Source: Vicugna vicugna
Taxonomy: Eukaryota
Reading direction: 5' to 3'
Length of the DNA: 64,000 nt
Assembly (NCBI GenBank): GCA_013265495.1
Contig: MU058228.1
Coordinates: 62,001-126,000 of the forward strand
Under the pieces are notes generated by a model. That model did not search any database. It saw nothing but the letters and a program-made list of their open reading frames with translations, and had not been told where the DNA came from. Made by a program: the position numbers and the translations under genes. This document shows positions 40,531-53,390 of the stretch, one piece after another (the stretch's first letter is position 1; each line of letters opens with the position of its first letter).

Positions 40531-41199
40531 TTCAAGCAATTTATGGTCTGGTGAGTACAGCAGACCAATGTGTGGGTCACCAAAATACAAAGTGAACTGT
40601 TGCATATATCCAGAACCACATAAATATACTTCTCTAGCCTGTTTTGCAGGTTTCCCAGGGCAGAATTAAGGGTTCCATGGGGCCCCACTCCTGAAGGTTG
40701 CTCGCTGGTAGCAGGAAAAGGGGTTGCCTCAAGCTTGCTCTAAGGTCAGCTGTGTTGCCCTTTCCCTCCTGCTGCCCCAGCCTGCTGCTGTCTACTCTGG
40801 GTCCCCTGGTTTGGAACAGCCTGTTCTTCAGTTTTTGGACTTACGAAAGGTCCACAACACATGACTGTTGTGCCCAATAGATCTCATCCTGAGTTTCTGA
40901 ATCAATGAAAAAGATTGTAACAGTGCGGACTGGAATCAAACTCAAGGTTTTCAACATTGGCAGCCATCTCAGCCATCAGGAATTTATACCTGCCCAGCTC
41001 TCTAGACCTCGGCCCCCTTTCAAGCCCTCTGTTTCATCCAAATCCTTCCTCATATCTTTCTTCTACGATCCTAACGATCTCTTGGAGCTTTATTCTATTG
41101 AACGTTGATTTCTCTTTATGTATGTCTGATGCAGGAAAATGGGGCATGAGAGGATGGTCATGTCCAAGGTCTTGGTCGTGGTCTTTCAGGAGAGAGAGA

Positions 41200-41530
41200 G
41201 GGAGAGGGACAGAGAAAACCAAGGGGTGTGGGGTTGCTAGTTTTTATAGGCTGGTAACTTCATATGCTAACAAGTGGGAGGATTATTCCAAATACTTTGG
41301 TGAAGGGGCTGGGATTCCCAGGAATCTGCCGTCACTCACTCTGGTCTTTTACGGCCAACCTCAGAACTGTCATGGCACCTATGCGAGTGCCATTTAGCAT
41401 GCTAATGTATTACAGTGAGTGTATATTGAAGCTCGAGATCTACTGGGAGTTCAATCTTCTGCCATCTTGGTGCTAATTGCTGTGTTATTCTTTTAAGGGT
41501 TGTGCCCTGCCCGCTTCCCTCCTGTCTCCT
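41200..41530 (-). mobile_element. ERV1-type LTR fragment
   Basis: Minus strand begins GAGACAGGAGGGAAG and carries CAAGATGGC and a CTATAAAA box, typical of ERV1 LTR U3 regions. Confidence 0.55.
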
Positions 41531-42874
41531 GTCCATTGGCCCTACCCCCAAATGCCCCCAGGTGCCAGGCAGCCAGTGGCTGGGATAAATTTGTTACCTG
41601 AGTGTGAAGTGGGTCTGTGGGTAACTGCCCACCTGTTGAGCACAGGCCCTAGATGAGAGAGGTGATCACTCATCAGGCTGTTGTTGCTGGGTGTGGACTC
41701 AGAATTACCAGAAAGTCTGATTTTTCCAAGAGGAAAAGAGAAGTGGGATGTTTCAATGAAGTGTCTCAGTTTTCATGTGGTACTTAGCCAACAAACATGG
41801 GGCACACTTTGCACAGGGCATGCACACACGCCCCCTCTGAGTTGGGTGTAGATAGATTTGCATGTAGGTGGCCATGTGTTACCTCCTGTCTAAAGAGCCC
41901 TATGGCCGAGGGGCCTCCCTTTTCTTAAGTAAATTCCCTCGAGGGGTTTTCCTAAACAAAAAGCCATCTGCTCCGAGAAGTGAATGCTGGTCCTCCCCAA
42001 CAATATGGAAGCACTGGTGCAATTCCTTCCCATTCAGAAAATAGTCTTTTTCTTTGCATCACATGAGGAAATTGTACATCCTGAAGGTGGACTATCAGGC
42101 TTTCTGTGAAGGATATTGATGGTTGCAGCTGGTTGTTCTTAACCCTTGACATCACTGTCTTAGACCAGAACCAACCTTCCTGACTCTTTTTGTGGTCCTC
42201 TGCACACAGGGAGGGTGATGATCGTGAACAAACTCTCACGGAGTCTGCAAGCTGCCCTGCTTTTGGATGGCGGGGATGGAAGAAAGCCACAAAGGCGCCC
42301 TTGGATGGGCGGTCCAGGCAGCAGACCAAGCCTGGGGTCTACCTGAGGAGACCTCAGTCAAGTCCTAGTTCACTTTCTGATTTGTGTGACCCCAAATCTC
42401 ATGTCTTCCAGCGGCAGTAGGTCACGAAGAAAATGAAAATAATGTAGTCCCCTTTCCACCATCCAGGACAAGATGAGCCAGCACTTGGGAAAGCTTCTGA
42501 GAAGTGCTGCTCAAATATTGACTTGTACCGTGGTCAAGTAGGTTTCACTGAGACAAGCCTGTGTGAAGCACCTGTCAGGGGTGTGTGATGAGGGAAAGGG
42601 TGGAGACAGGGCGGGTGAATAACAGAAAAACCTTTCTCTTGCCCAAAGAGATGGAAAACATTTCCAGAAACCATAAGGAATTAAGAAACCCAGCTTGGAA
42701 GAGAAAATACATAAGCTTTGAATTTTTTTCCTGCTACGTCTGGTGGCTGCATATGAAGGACAGCAAAGCACACGATCCACTTGATTCTTAGAGTCAGACT
42801 GGGGTTTAAATCTTTGCTGAAATACTAACTCACTGTGTGAGTTTGGGCAGTTAGTTAACCTCTCTGAGTCTCTG

Positions 42875-43249
42875 TGTCGTGGGTTGATTGTGTCCTCCTG
42901 AAAGGTATGCTGCAGTCTTAACCCCCACTACGTCAGAACGTGACCTTTGGTGGTAGGGTCTTTAAAGAGGTGATTAAACTAAAATGAGGTCATGCGGGGG
43001 AGCCTTACTCCCATAGGACTGGTGTCCTTAAAAGAAGGAGAGATTGGGACACAAACAGAGGGAAGACCACGTGAGGACACAGGGAGACGATGGCTGTCTA
43101 CAAGCCAAGGAGAGAGGTGTCAAAAAGAACCAACCGCGCCAACACCTTGGTCTTGGACTTCCCGCCTCCAGAACGACGAGACAGCACATGTTTATTGTGT
43201 GAGCCCCCCAGGGGTGTGGTGCTTTGTTACGGCAGCCCTAGTGGCTACA
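42875..43249 (+). mobile_element. MaLR solo LTR (MLT1A/B-like)
   Basis: TAGGGTCTTTAAAGAGGTGATTAA...GAGGACACAGGGAGACGATGGC...CTTGGACTTCC...GGCAGCCCTAG. Confidence 0.8.
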
Positions 43250-43744
43250 GTTCCTCAGTGACAAACTGGGCTCAGTGGTGCCTACCGCCAGGCGACTGTT
43301 GAGGGTAACATAGGTCTGGATGTTGAGGAAGGGACACCTTGGTTCTCACCTGAATCCACTTTGGGATTCAGGCATGTCTGGGCCTTCGGAACTGGAGGAA
43401 TGTGTCTTCTGCGAGTTTATTTGCACGAAGGTTTGCGAAGCCTCCTGAGACAGGGTCCGCCTCACCAGAGAGGCTGGCAGACAAGTCCTGCTTGGTGACG
43501 AGGCTTCAGTCATCCGATAGGACTGCCCTTCTGGGCATGGCATGATGCTGCCTCTCAGCCATATCCTGGAGCTAACTCCCTGTGGCCTCCTCCAGTCTCA
43601 CAGCCCTCAGGGCATATACGTAGTAATAAAACCAGATAAAGCAGTTTCACTGAATGCTAGTGTGACTGGCCTGTCAGCCAACTTCTGCTGGCAGATTCCC
43701 AGACGTAGTTTCTAGAAGCCTTTCTCTGGGGCTAATCGGTTTCT

Positions 43745-44258
43745 GTGTGAGTTTCCTATTACTGCTATGATAAATAATAGCAAATTTAGTGTTTTAAACA
43801 ATACAAATTAATGTTCTTAAAATTCTGGAGGTCAGAAGTCTGAACTGGGTCTTACAGGGCTAAAATCAAGATGTCAGCAGGGCTGCGTTCCTGCTGGAGG
43901 CTCGAGGGGAGAATCCATCTCCTGTCCTTTCTATCTTTCACAGGCCACCTGCATTACTTGGTTTGTGGTCCCTTGCCACTATCTTCAAACCCAGTAGCAT
44001 AGCATCTTCAAATCTCTATCCTTCTCTCTCTGACCTCTACTTCCACCCTCACATCCTTACTCTGACTCTAAGCCTTCTGCCTCCCTCTTACAAGGCCCCT
44101 TGTTATTACATCAAGACCCCTCACCTTGAGATCCCTAACTTAATCATACCTGCAAAGTCTTTTTTTTTTACACCACAAAAGAGAACATATTCACAGGTTT
44201 CGAGATCAGGACATAGATATTTGGCTGTGGGGGGGGGGTTGTTCTGCCCACCAGTTTC
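43745..44258 (-). mobile_element. MaLR solo LTR (MLT1D/E-like)
   Basis: TTCTGGAGGTCAGAAGTCTGAA...GGGCTAAAATCAAGATGTCAGCAGGGCTG...TAACTTAATCATACCTGCAAAGTC. Confidence 0.75.
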
Positions 44259-46474
44259 CTGAGGGAAGAATCTTTCAAACCCTCCCTGTGGGCTGGACGT
44301 CCAGCTCCCAGATCCTGGGCATCTGCGGACCTGGACCCCCGGCTGTTGCTTCAGCACCAGCTGTCAGCTCACCATCACCAACACCAAAGCTGTTGCTGCT
44401 GCCACTACCCCGCAGGAAATGACACCAGAGTCACCTGTTGGCAAAGGAGTCTGGAAAATGTAATTTACACAGTCCCAGATGTTTTCAATACAGAATGAAA
44501 CCCAGAAGGGAGAGAATCAACCTGGGAGCTGAGAGCAGACAGGCAGAGTCCACCACACTCATTCCCATGGTCCATCCAGATTTAACTTCCACACGTCAAC
44601 AGTAACAACAAAACACGTTACACTTTCCCTTAAGATGACGCAACAGTCCCTCATATGAATGAGATGCTTTCGCCCTTTTCCACGAAGACCCGTCAGTCAC
44701 TGTATTCACCACTGGGAGTGAATTTCCGGCTCGGTGCCAAGCTCACCTGTATAGTCTGTAACCCAAAATCTAAACTGCAAGTTAACCATTTCTGATGTTA
44801 AGATTAATAACACTCTTTATAAAATAGCAGGAGAAACAGAGAGAAGGGAAAGGACAGATCGGTGAATGCACAGAAATATATAAATACACATGCAAATACA
44901 TAATACAGGTAAGGAAGAAAACGCGCGTAGTTGCTGCAGGTCTTACTTCCGTGATGCGCTGTGTGGGCGTGTGTTGGGGTAACTGGCCATCAATTTGGGG
45001 AACATAGAACATTAGATGTGTACTTACATCAAAATAAACTCCAGAAGGATTAAACCCTTACATGTCACATACAAAGTCACCTGGGTAGTAGAAGACAAGA
45101 GGCATGACTGTCTGCACACTTTGGGAAGTGGGAGGTTGTTCAGCGTGGCATCGGAGGGGGTAGGCATCCACTGGCTTGTCTGCCGAGCAGCCTCCTGTCT
45201 TCTGAGGAACCTCCCTCATCCTCCCACTCCCCTTTCCCAACCCCACCTCGCCCCGCCATGGACATATGGTTTGAACAGAGGGGTCCTCTCCTTATGTGAC
45301 TCCATCTTCCTGGCCATGGCTGCTGGTCTAGAGGTGAGCTCCTCCTCCCATCTGGGCTAATCACTCCCCTGGCCACCAATCTGAGCTGCTTTGAGAGTCT
45401 TTGCACGCCCCTCTCTGATCACGAAACTCAGGAGGTGTGTGCTCTGGCACTGCCTCTGGAGGTGATTCTAGCCTTCTGGATATAGCCATCATGAGAAAAG
45501 AACGCCGATAAGGAGAGAAAAGCAAGGTGAGAGGCAAAAAGGTGGTGCCTAGCCCCTGCTTCCTGCGCTGCTAGGTTACACCCTTGTCCTTTCCTAAATT
45601 CTGTCTCTTGCCTAAGCTTATTTTAGCTCAGTTCCTATCACCCATAGTTCCAATTCAAACAATACCAGGAACAGGAACCATAAAAATGAACATTTTAAAA
45701 TGAAAATACTGTTAAAATAAGTTTTTAAACAGAAAAAAACCCTCTTACAAAATTAAAAGACAAGTGAGAAAAATGGGCAACATACTTGACAGTTACTTCT
45801 GGCAGTTTCCCCTCATGGTTCCAAGCTGGTTGCCACAGCGCCAATCATCTCCTCTTCATACCATATCCAGAGGATGGAAAAGTGATTGGGCTGTCTTCTG
45901 TCTTGCGTCCCCTTTTAAGATTAAGAAAATTCTCATAACTCTTTCCCCCTGCCTCCATTCGCCATAGACTTTCACATCTCTTCAGCTAGAAGAATGTCAC
46001 GTGCTCATGCCAACAAGCACCAGAGCACAGAGGATGAAATGACCATGACTGACTAAGACATATGAAGATTCACCACCTGGGATATGGTACCTGTGAGTTC
46101 TATGTAAAGTGAGAGCCTAAACAAAATCAGGGCCCTACCAACCGGGGAGAAAAATGGGACAGCTGAGACCCGAGGGGCAGTAGGATTAGAGATCTGAAGA
46201 ATAACCAACAGATCCTGCCACTTTAGACAAGAAACTTAAATATCTAGGACACTCTTCTCTGAGATACTGCCTATTTCATGGAGTGATTAAGAGGGTGGGA
46301 GCTCCTTTTAAGCTTCATACACCAGGCACAGCGGACTTACTGAAAGCGTAAAACTCCACCACTAATTAATTAGTTATGTGTTTGGGGGATTTTTAATAAC
46401 CTCTCTAAGCCTTCAGTTCCTTCATATGTAAAATGATGATAGTTAATAATGGATCATTACTATTTTTAGAAGAT

Positions 46475-46613
46475 TTTTTCCTTGAGGCAGAGGGGAGGTA
46501 ATTAGGTTTATTTGTTTATTTATTTAAACTTTTTTAACGGAGGTACTGGAGATTGAACCCAGAACCTCATGCAAGCTAAGCACACGCTCTACCACTGAGC
46601 TATCCCCTCCCCC
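46475..46613 (-). mobile_element. tRNA-derived SINE (vic-1-like, long-tail type) inside a MIR
   Basis: Same head and CCTAATTACCTCCCC tail, on the minus strand. Confidence 0.85.
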
Positions 46614-48959
46614 TAATCGAGCATTACTGACAACAATTGACAATGGTGGTAATTATACTAACCTCATAAAGTCTTTGTGGGAGTTAATGACATAATGCAT
46701 AAATAATACATAAAGTATATAAAGTACATAGCAAAATGCTCGGTACACAGTCAACACTCAAGGCACGTTACCTGTCATTGTCATTATTATCATTATTCTA
46801 TTCTTATCATCCCAATTAGAAGAGACAATAATGGAGCTTACACCCACATGGGGGAAAAGAGACAAGTAAATAATCAGGTAAGACAGTCCCACAGTGATGC
46901 TACGAGAAAAGCAAAACATCTTTGTGCACAATCACTAAAGGCATCTCTCATTATTTCCTAAGGGCAGATTCCAAGCAATGGGATTGCTGGTCCCACAAAT
47001 AGTCAGAGGATCTCTATGAGATAGTGCTGGTAGCCCTGAGGTTCCAGACCTTTGGCAAACACAGTCAGCTAATGCGATCAGGTGGCACCACCCGAGAGTT
47101 TTGAAAGAACTTGAAGGTAAAAGTGTTGCACGTACCGCTCAATGTAATGATTTCCTATTATAAAGAGATACTGTCCTCAAGGACTGGAGGGTTGCCCTGA
47201 ACACATAAACGTTTCTGTAGGCACTCCAGAAACCATGGGCTCCCAAGTGTGACTTGGTGTGAAAGCTGGTGGAGTTAGCACTGAAAGGATGCAACCTTGA
47301 AGGTGTCGCTGACACCAGGCACTAGGGACCTTGGGGCTGTTTCATTGTGCGTTCCTGAGGGTTCTCTCTGTGGAGCCAGTTGAACCCTCGGTTTATAGTG
47401 AGAATCTGTGCTGGATTCAGTCTTGTGCCAGGAGCGTTGGTAAGTCAGCATCGCGATAAGCCAAATTTAGCTAGAGATGGTTGGGGTCACTCAGAGAGTG
47501 TGATTTCAGGCCCCAGACCTTTGTGAGGGTGGTCTTGTGGCTGGGAATTCTCCAAGGTGCAACCAGCCACATTGTTTTCTTCTTTGGTGTGGCTCTCATT
47601 CACCCTTCAGAGTGTTGTCTCTTGAGGTTCCTTGCTTTAGGCAGAGGTCTAGGGCCCCCAGCTTTGTCTCCTGTCCCCGTCATGAGTGGCCTGTTAAAGC
47701 CTATACTCTGGATGCCAGAGGCGAGCAGACACCTTAGGGAAAAGTCTCTCGAGGGTGTGCTTATTCCTCCGAATCATCATTTCCAGCCTCCAAGGAATTC
47801 CCTTACTTTCCAATCTGCTCATTCACCCATTAATAAAAGCTGCCTTTTTCAGGGAAGCCATCATTTTTCCATACATTCAATAGGGAGGGTTTCTCTGACC
47901 ATCTTGTCTGCCAAATTGCCAGAAGCTGAAGTCCAGGAGGATATTATATGTAAGACTTGTAAGTCTGAGAAATTACAGGCTGTGTGGCTGGAGTAAAAAA
48001 GGCTTCATCACTAAATCTTGGAGCTCTAGAATGAAGAAGCTCGTGCAAAATACAAAGCACAAACACTTGGGGACAGTGCTTTCTAGAGAAGACAGTGATT
48101 TTCTGATCTTCTTTCAGGGGGACAGGCTGGAGAAGAGTGGTCCTCAGTGAGCATTTGCTGTATGAATGGAAGGCAGGTAAGGGCAGAGTTGGATGGATTT
48201 TTTAGTTGGTTGAATTACCAGAACCAAGTTATATAAACAAATTCACATCACCTTTGAATGGAGTCTCTGGAGCCAGCTACCACTGGGTTCTGTTCCATTG
48301 TTTCCTGTTCAACAGGATCCTCTTACATGAGCTTTACATGACCTGCTTCCTGTTTTATCAGTGTTTTGAGAATGTTGGTGTCATAAAGTTAGATTAGCAC
48401 ATGACCCTAAGCTAACAGTGTTAACTAGTATGCTGAAGGCAGAGAAGCAATTTCTGTCCTTCCTCCCCCATCTCCCCACCCCACCAGATCCACAAACAGG
48501 GGATGGATGAGTTAAAATGGAATAGGGCCAAGAGCTCTCCACGTAGGTGGAAAAGTCTACAAAATACCCCTGTGGCCACCATCCAAGATGGAACATCGGT
48601 CTGGAAAAAATAAGTATGGACGGACTGGAAGTGGAAAGTGTGGCTTCTTGACAGCAGTGTTAGTGAACAAGACCCTGGGCTCTTCACAGACTGAAAGCTC
48701 AAAGTGAGTCAAGAGCGAGTCAGTAAAAGTTATTCGAGCTTAGGCCCCATGAGCAGTAGCAGAGTCCAAACACGAAGTGAGAGGCATGACTTCCTCCTCA
48801 ATGGTCGGGTCAACTGGGTGCAAGTCTTCACCCCTGAGCACTGGAACTAACCAGAGTGCAGGGAGGGGAGGGGCAGCCACATGGGGAAGGAGCAATGGAA
48901 GATCCTCTGGAGTTCAGCAAGAAGGGAAGGCTGAAGGCGGGGCTTGAGTGGGGAGCCCG

Positions 48960-49318
48960 TGCTAGACTGCTGGGGCCGCCATAGGACAGACATGTATTGA
49001 GTTATCATCTGAAGGCTAAAGTCCAAGTTCAAGGTGTCTGCATGGTTGGTTCCTTCTGAGGCCTCTCTTCTTGGCTTGTAGACGGCCATCGTCTCCCTGT
49101 GTCCTCACGCGGTTTCCCTCTGTGCTTGTGTCCCAATCTCCTCTTCTTTTAAGGACACCAGTCCTATTGGATTAAGGCCCAACCCTAATGACCTCATTTT
49201 AGTTTATTCACCTCTTTAAAGACCCTACCTCCAAATACGCTTACAGCCTGAGGTGCTGGGGTTAGGACTTCAACACACGCATTTTAGGCGGGGGAGGTAC
49301 CTAATTCAGCCCGTAACA
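48960..49318 (-). mobile_element. MaLR solo LTR (MLT1A/B-like)
   Basis: Reverse-complement similarity to 42875-43249 (MAVYKPRRE pseudo-ORFs in both). Confidence 0.8.
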
Positions 49319-51929
49319 GTGCCTGACTCTTGTTTCAACGTGTAGGAAAGGAAACAGATTTCTCCTTTGTGAGTCCAGTAGACAAAGCAAAGGTCACTGT
49401 GTGGAAGTTATTAAGAAAGCCAGTTCGGGCTCAAAAGGAAAATCTTTGCCTACCTGCTTCCCCACATCACCTACCCTGGGTTCCCAGCTAACGTCAGAGC
49501 CTCCAGCTACTTTGTGTGAGATTCTCAGTTCCAATTCTATGTCTATCTGTCCCAGACCCTTGGGGCACTCAGTTTCACACCGGTAGGACGTCCTCCTGGT
49601 GTCCTCATTCGGGTTTCTTTCCTCTGCACCTTGACCCACCCACCTAGAAAGCCTAACTCCAGATCTCAGTCCTTCAGAGTGTGGCCAGTCCTTCCATGGG
49701 AAGGTGGGTCATGTCCAGCGTTGTCTAAAGATAAGTCGTCCAACCTGCCTTCTGAGACCAGAGAACAAAACGTTTCCCTGGAGAAGCACTTCCCTGCCAA
49801 ATCATAAAGGCACCTGCCATGACTTCACCTAATCTTGTGATGGTTCTCCTTGGAATTGGCGTATAATGAGCTCTTCCTCATACACAAACTGCTCTGGATG
49901 TCTTGGTTGCTCTCAATATGCAAAATCCATGGTTTTCCCCCAGCTCCCAGCTAGGAGGTCACAGAAGACTTGAAAAGGAATGGAACAGAATCTGCTTATA
50001 ACACAGAGTTATTTTCGTATGCAAATTCATCAGCGTTGATGATGAAAGAGAAGTGCCCAGAATGGGTATGTGAAAAAAATCCCATTGGACGAGGCAAAAG
50101 CCCTCTGCAGGGGACTGAGGAACATGGTCTGTCCAGCCTCAGAAAGACAACGGCCTGTACTTTCTTTCCCAAAGGTGAACCATCTCCAAGGATATTGTGG
50201 GGAAAGAGCTGGTCTGTGGGGTGGGAAGCAGAGTCACCTGATGGCTGCTATAAATGTCAGAAATAGAGAAGATTCAGAGAAGAAGAGAAATCGACAATTT
50301 CTAAATAGATACAGTTTGGAGCTCCAGGGAAACTGAGGACAGAACTCCTGCCTATCTCAAAGAAGAGATGAGTGTCTCTGAAAGACTGCTGTCAGGGGGT
50401 CACCTCCCCAGAGGCCCTGGAACACAGACAGTGCCTGACCTGAGAATGTCTCTCCCCACTGCCTCCCCCCACCCCCAGCCAGACCTGCCCAGGCTCCCCC
50501 GCCCCAGCCAGAGGACGGCCAAATGGCGCAGCCCCCTCCCTCCCTGTGCAAACAGCTCTCACCCCGCCCGAGTAAACAGGCCTCCCCGGGTAGCGGCGCC
50601 TCTGCGCTGCCTCTGTATGATGTAGCCCAGAAACGAGGAGGCCAAGCCTCAGGCTCTGGACTTGGGTTCTGTTTTTAATCCAGGCCCCCAGGCAACAGGG
50701 GTCATCCATCTTGGCTCCTTCTCTTTTTATGTAAACAGGGCTGGGGGCCCATGTGGTTTGAGTACAGCCAGGCCCCTGCTCTCACTCCTCCCCATGTAAA
50801 CACATTACAAAGAATCTTTGTAACTGTCCAGGCAGAGCAGCCCAGCCCAGAGGAAGGGAGCCTGCATCAGGAAGGGAGTGAGGGTGGAGGCAGGGGTGGC
50901 TTGGGGAGCGGGGAGGGGGTGATGCCCACCAACACTCCTTATATGGTGGGATGCAGATGGTCAGCTTTGCCCAGTCTGACCATGGGAGGAGAGGGTCTGT
51001 TACCTGCAGCAGAAACCAAGAGGAGGGGTATGAGAAAAGGGGGAACAGACCTGACATCCTTCAGCCTGATACCTTCCCTGCTGCAGTTCAGGTGAGGCTG
51101 AAAAAAGAATAAAAAAAAAAAAAAAGAATGAAAGCCTCCTCTTCAACCATGGCAGGGTAGAAGAAAGAGTATCATCTGGAGAGTCAAGAAAACAAATTGT
51201 ATTCCTGCGTCCACCCTTAATGAGCTGTGTGACCTTTGGATGGTGCCTTAACCTCTCTGAGTTTCCTCATCTAGATAAATTGGACTCTACTATCTGCCCT
51301 TGATGTGACAGGGACTTTAGGTATGTTATTTTACTAATCCACACAACTACCCAATGAGGCAGGGAATGATTATCCCCATTTTCAAGATAAAGAAATTGAG
51401 GCTCAGCAGGTAGAACTGATTTGCCCCCAATACGCACGTTAAATAAGTGGCAGCTCTTTTCCCTGCCAAACCCCATTCTGCTCCTGCAGCTGAGAAAGGT
51501 GGGTTTCCTTTCCTTGACCATTTGGAAGCTGAGACTAGAAGGTACTGGCCTACTGAAAACAACCTTTATTGCTGGAGACAGAAGTTCTGACTCAGATAAG
51601 CTCAAGGTCTGGGAGTCAGGGCTGTGTCTCAGGACCCCCACCTTCCCCAGCCATCTCCTTTCACTGCACTCCTGTATCACCTTGGGTAAAATCCAGGGAA
51701 AGAGAACAATCAACAACTTGTTCCACCCAGGGAAGGACTTGGCAGGGACTCTTGGCATCACTGTCACCACCTTTTCCAAGCCAAGGCAATACCTAAATAT
51801 CTAAATTTCCATAGCACGTCTTTGAGGCTGAGAGAACCGGGAACCCTTATACCTACAGACAGACTTAGCACTGGGAGGCGTTGCTGAGGGGAGTAAGAAA
51901 GGTTCCCAGGCCTTTGACAGTAAACTCTT

Positions 51930-52240
51930 GACCAAACTTCTGCCCCTGGGCTAAATGCAGTTTGCCATTTTTCCTGTTGAGCTGGTGATCTTAGAATTTT
52001 ATGTTTTTAAATGGCTGGGAAAAAAATAATCGTTTATGACATGCAAAAATTATATTAAATTCAAATTTCAGGGTCTATAAATATGATTTTAGAAGGCAGC
52101 CATGCTTTTCCATGTACACAAGTCTGTGGTTGCTTTTGTGCGACAAAGTTGCAGAGTTGAGTGGCTGTGACATTGATCATGTGGCCGGCAAAGCCTAAAA
52201 TATTTGCTGTCTCTTTACTGAAGGAGTCTGCCATCTCCTG
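51930..52240. mobile_element. MER58-like hAT-Charlie element
   Basis: AAATTCAAATTTCAG...GCAGAGTTGAGT...GCAAAGCCTAAAATATTT. Confidence 0.7.
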
Positions 52241-52691
52241 TTCTAGGAAACATCATGTGCCTGGGATGGGGTTTCGGGGAAGGGTCTCACTATTCTGGAG
52301 GTAGATATTTATTTAACCCCTTGTTTTTCGTGCAGCCCCTCCCCCAACACACACACACCTCAGCAGTGCCTGGCGGCCCCAATCCAGTTGGGTCTAACTA
52401 GCAGCCTGAGGGATGTGGCCTCTCAGACCCAAGGCTGACGAGCTCTTCACCCCCAACCCTTCAAGGGTCAATTCCTTCCCTCCCCTGGCATCTGGAGTAC
52501 TGGCAGCCAGGCTTCGACTCCTTAGGAGGGAGGCTGGAGGGTTTTCCCCTGGAGAAACTGACCCAGAGACAAGATCGAGATACTGACAGTTGGAAGTCCA
52601 GTTCCCACCAGATCTTCTAAGGGAAGCTCACGGTGGACAAGGCCTGCCCCCAGCCAGAGTCTTCCAGGGAGCGTCCCAGAGTCCCATGACA

Positions 52692-53179
52692 TGTGAGCGG
52701 ACAGCCAAAATGTGCAACAGTCTGGGACCTGAGACTCTACTGGAGTGCTTGCACCTGGACAAACACCTCCTCGAGCAAACAGAATACAAAGAAACTACAG
52801 GGACTGAAAATAACTGCATGCGGTGGCTGGGGCAAATTACCAACAACAAGATACAAAACGGCCAGAACCCAACTGTCAACTGCTGAGGTACCAAGAGCAA
52901 AAGCAGGGTACTGCGCATGATCCCTGCACACAGCACCACCCAGGGGGTGGGCCGACCACCTATGCCACCCTTCCGGGCCCAAGCACTGATCTGCCTCCAC
53001 TCTCACCCCATTTAAGAGACCAGCTCGCTGACTCTCAGGGAACAAGCAATGGAAACTGTTACTTCTTTTCGCTCCCTCGGGCTATAGCGCAAGTCCCAGT
53101 GAAGACTTGCCTGAATTTCTTGTCTGCTCTTTTATCAATGTCTGTTGATGAAACAGTCCAAGCACCTGGGTTAGTATCA
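52692..53179 (+). mobile_element. ERV1-type solo LTR inserted in the fossil SCAN exon
   Basis: TG...CA ends, a TTTAAGA box and an R/U5-like CTTGCCTGAATTTCTTGTCTG segment. No clean TSD seen. Confidence 0.6.
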
Positions 53180-53390
53180 CGATCTTCAGGTATGAGAAGG
53201 GGGAGGCTTTTGTGGCTGATCTAGGAAGTGACAGGACGCATGTCAGAATCACACAACAGGCTTCACTTGGTGGGGGAGCCTGGTCGGGACTGCATGAAAG
53301 GGACCTTACAGAGACCTTACTTACAGGGACTGATGTGGCACCCAGAGCGGCACAGGGCAAGGGGACTCCTGGGAGAGAGGAGACTCACAG

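Larger units (their letters stand above)
47040..53220 (-). pseudogene. Fossil ZKSCAN-type (SCAN-KRAB-C2H2) unprocessed pseudogene
   Basis: In transcription order: SCAN remnant QYLD/LSLGQFL and PKE/EAWL (52460-52585), a 94-nt AG/GT-bounded exon (51004-51097), KRAB-A remnant FTW/EE*EQ (50776-50800), KRAB-B remnant KSSVTS*LGAGGKPWIL (49877-49991), C2H2 remnant FQC/SFHTKSHLGAH (47235-47286). Confidence 0.65.

Noticed and set aside
42875..49318. Inverted pair of MLT1 LTRs
   Set aside because: A very common old family, with the copies ~5.7 kb apart. Unremarkable.
50095..50180. TF...LSPLQRAF as an alternative KRAB-A remnant
   Set aside because: Spacing is three residues too long and it lies too close to the KRAB-B acceptor to leave room for an intron.
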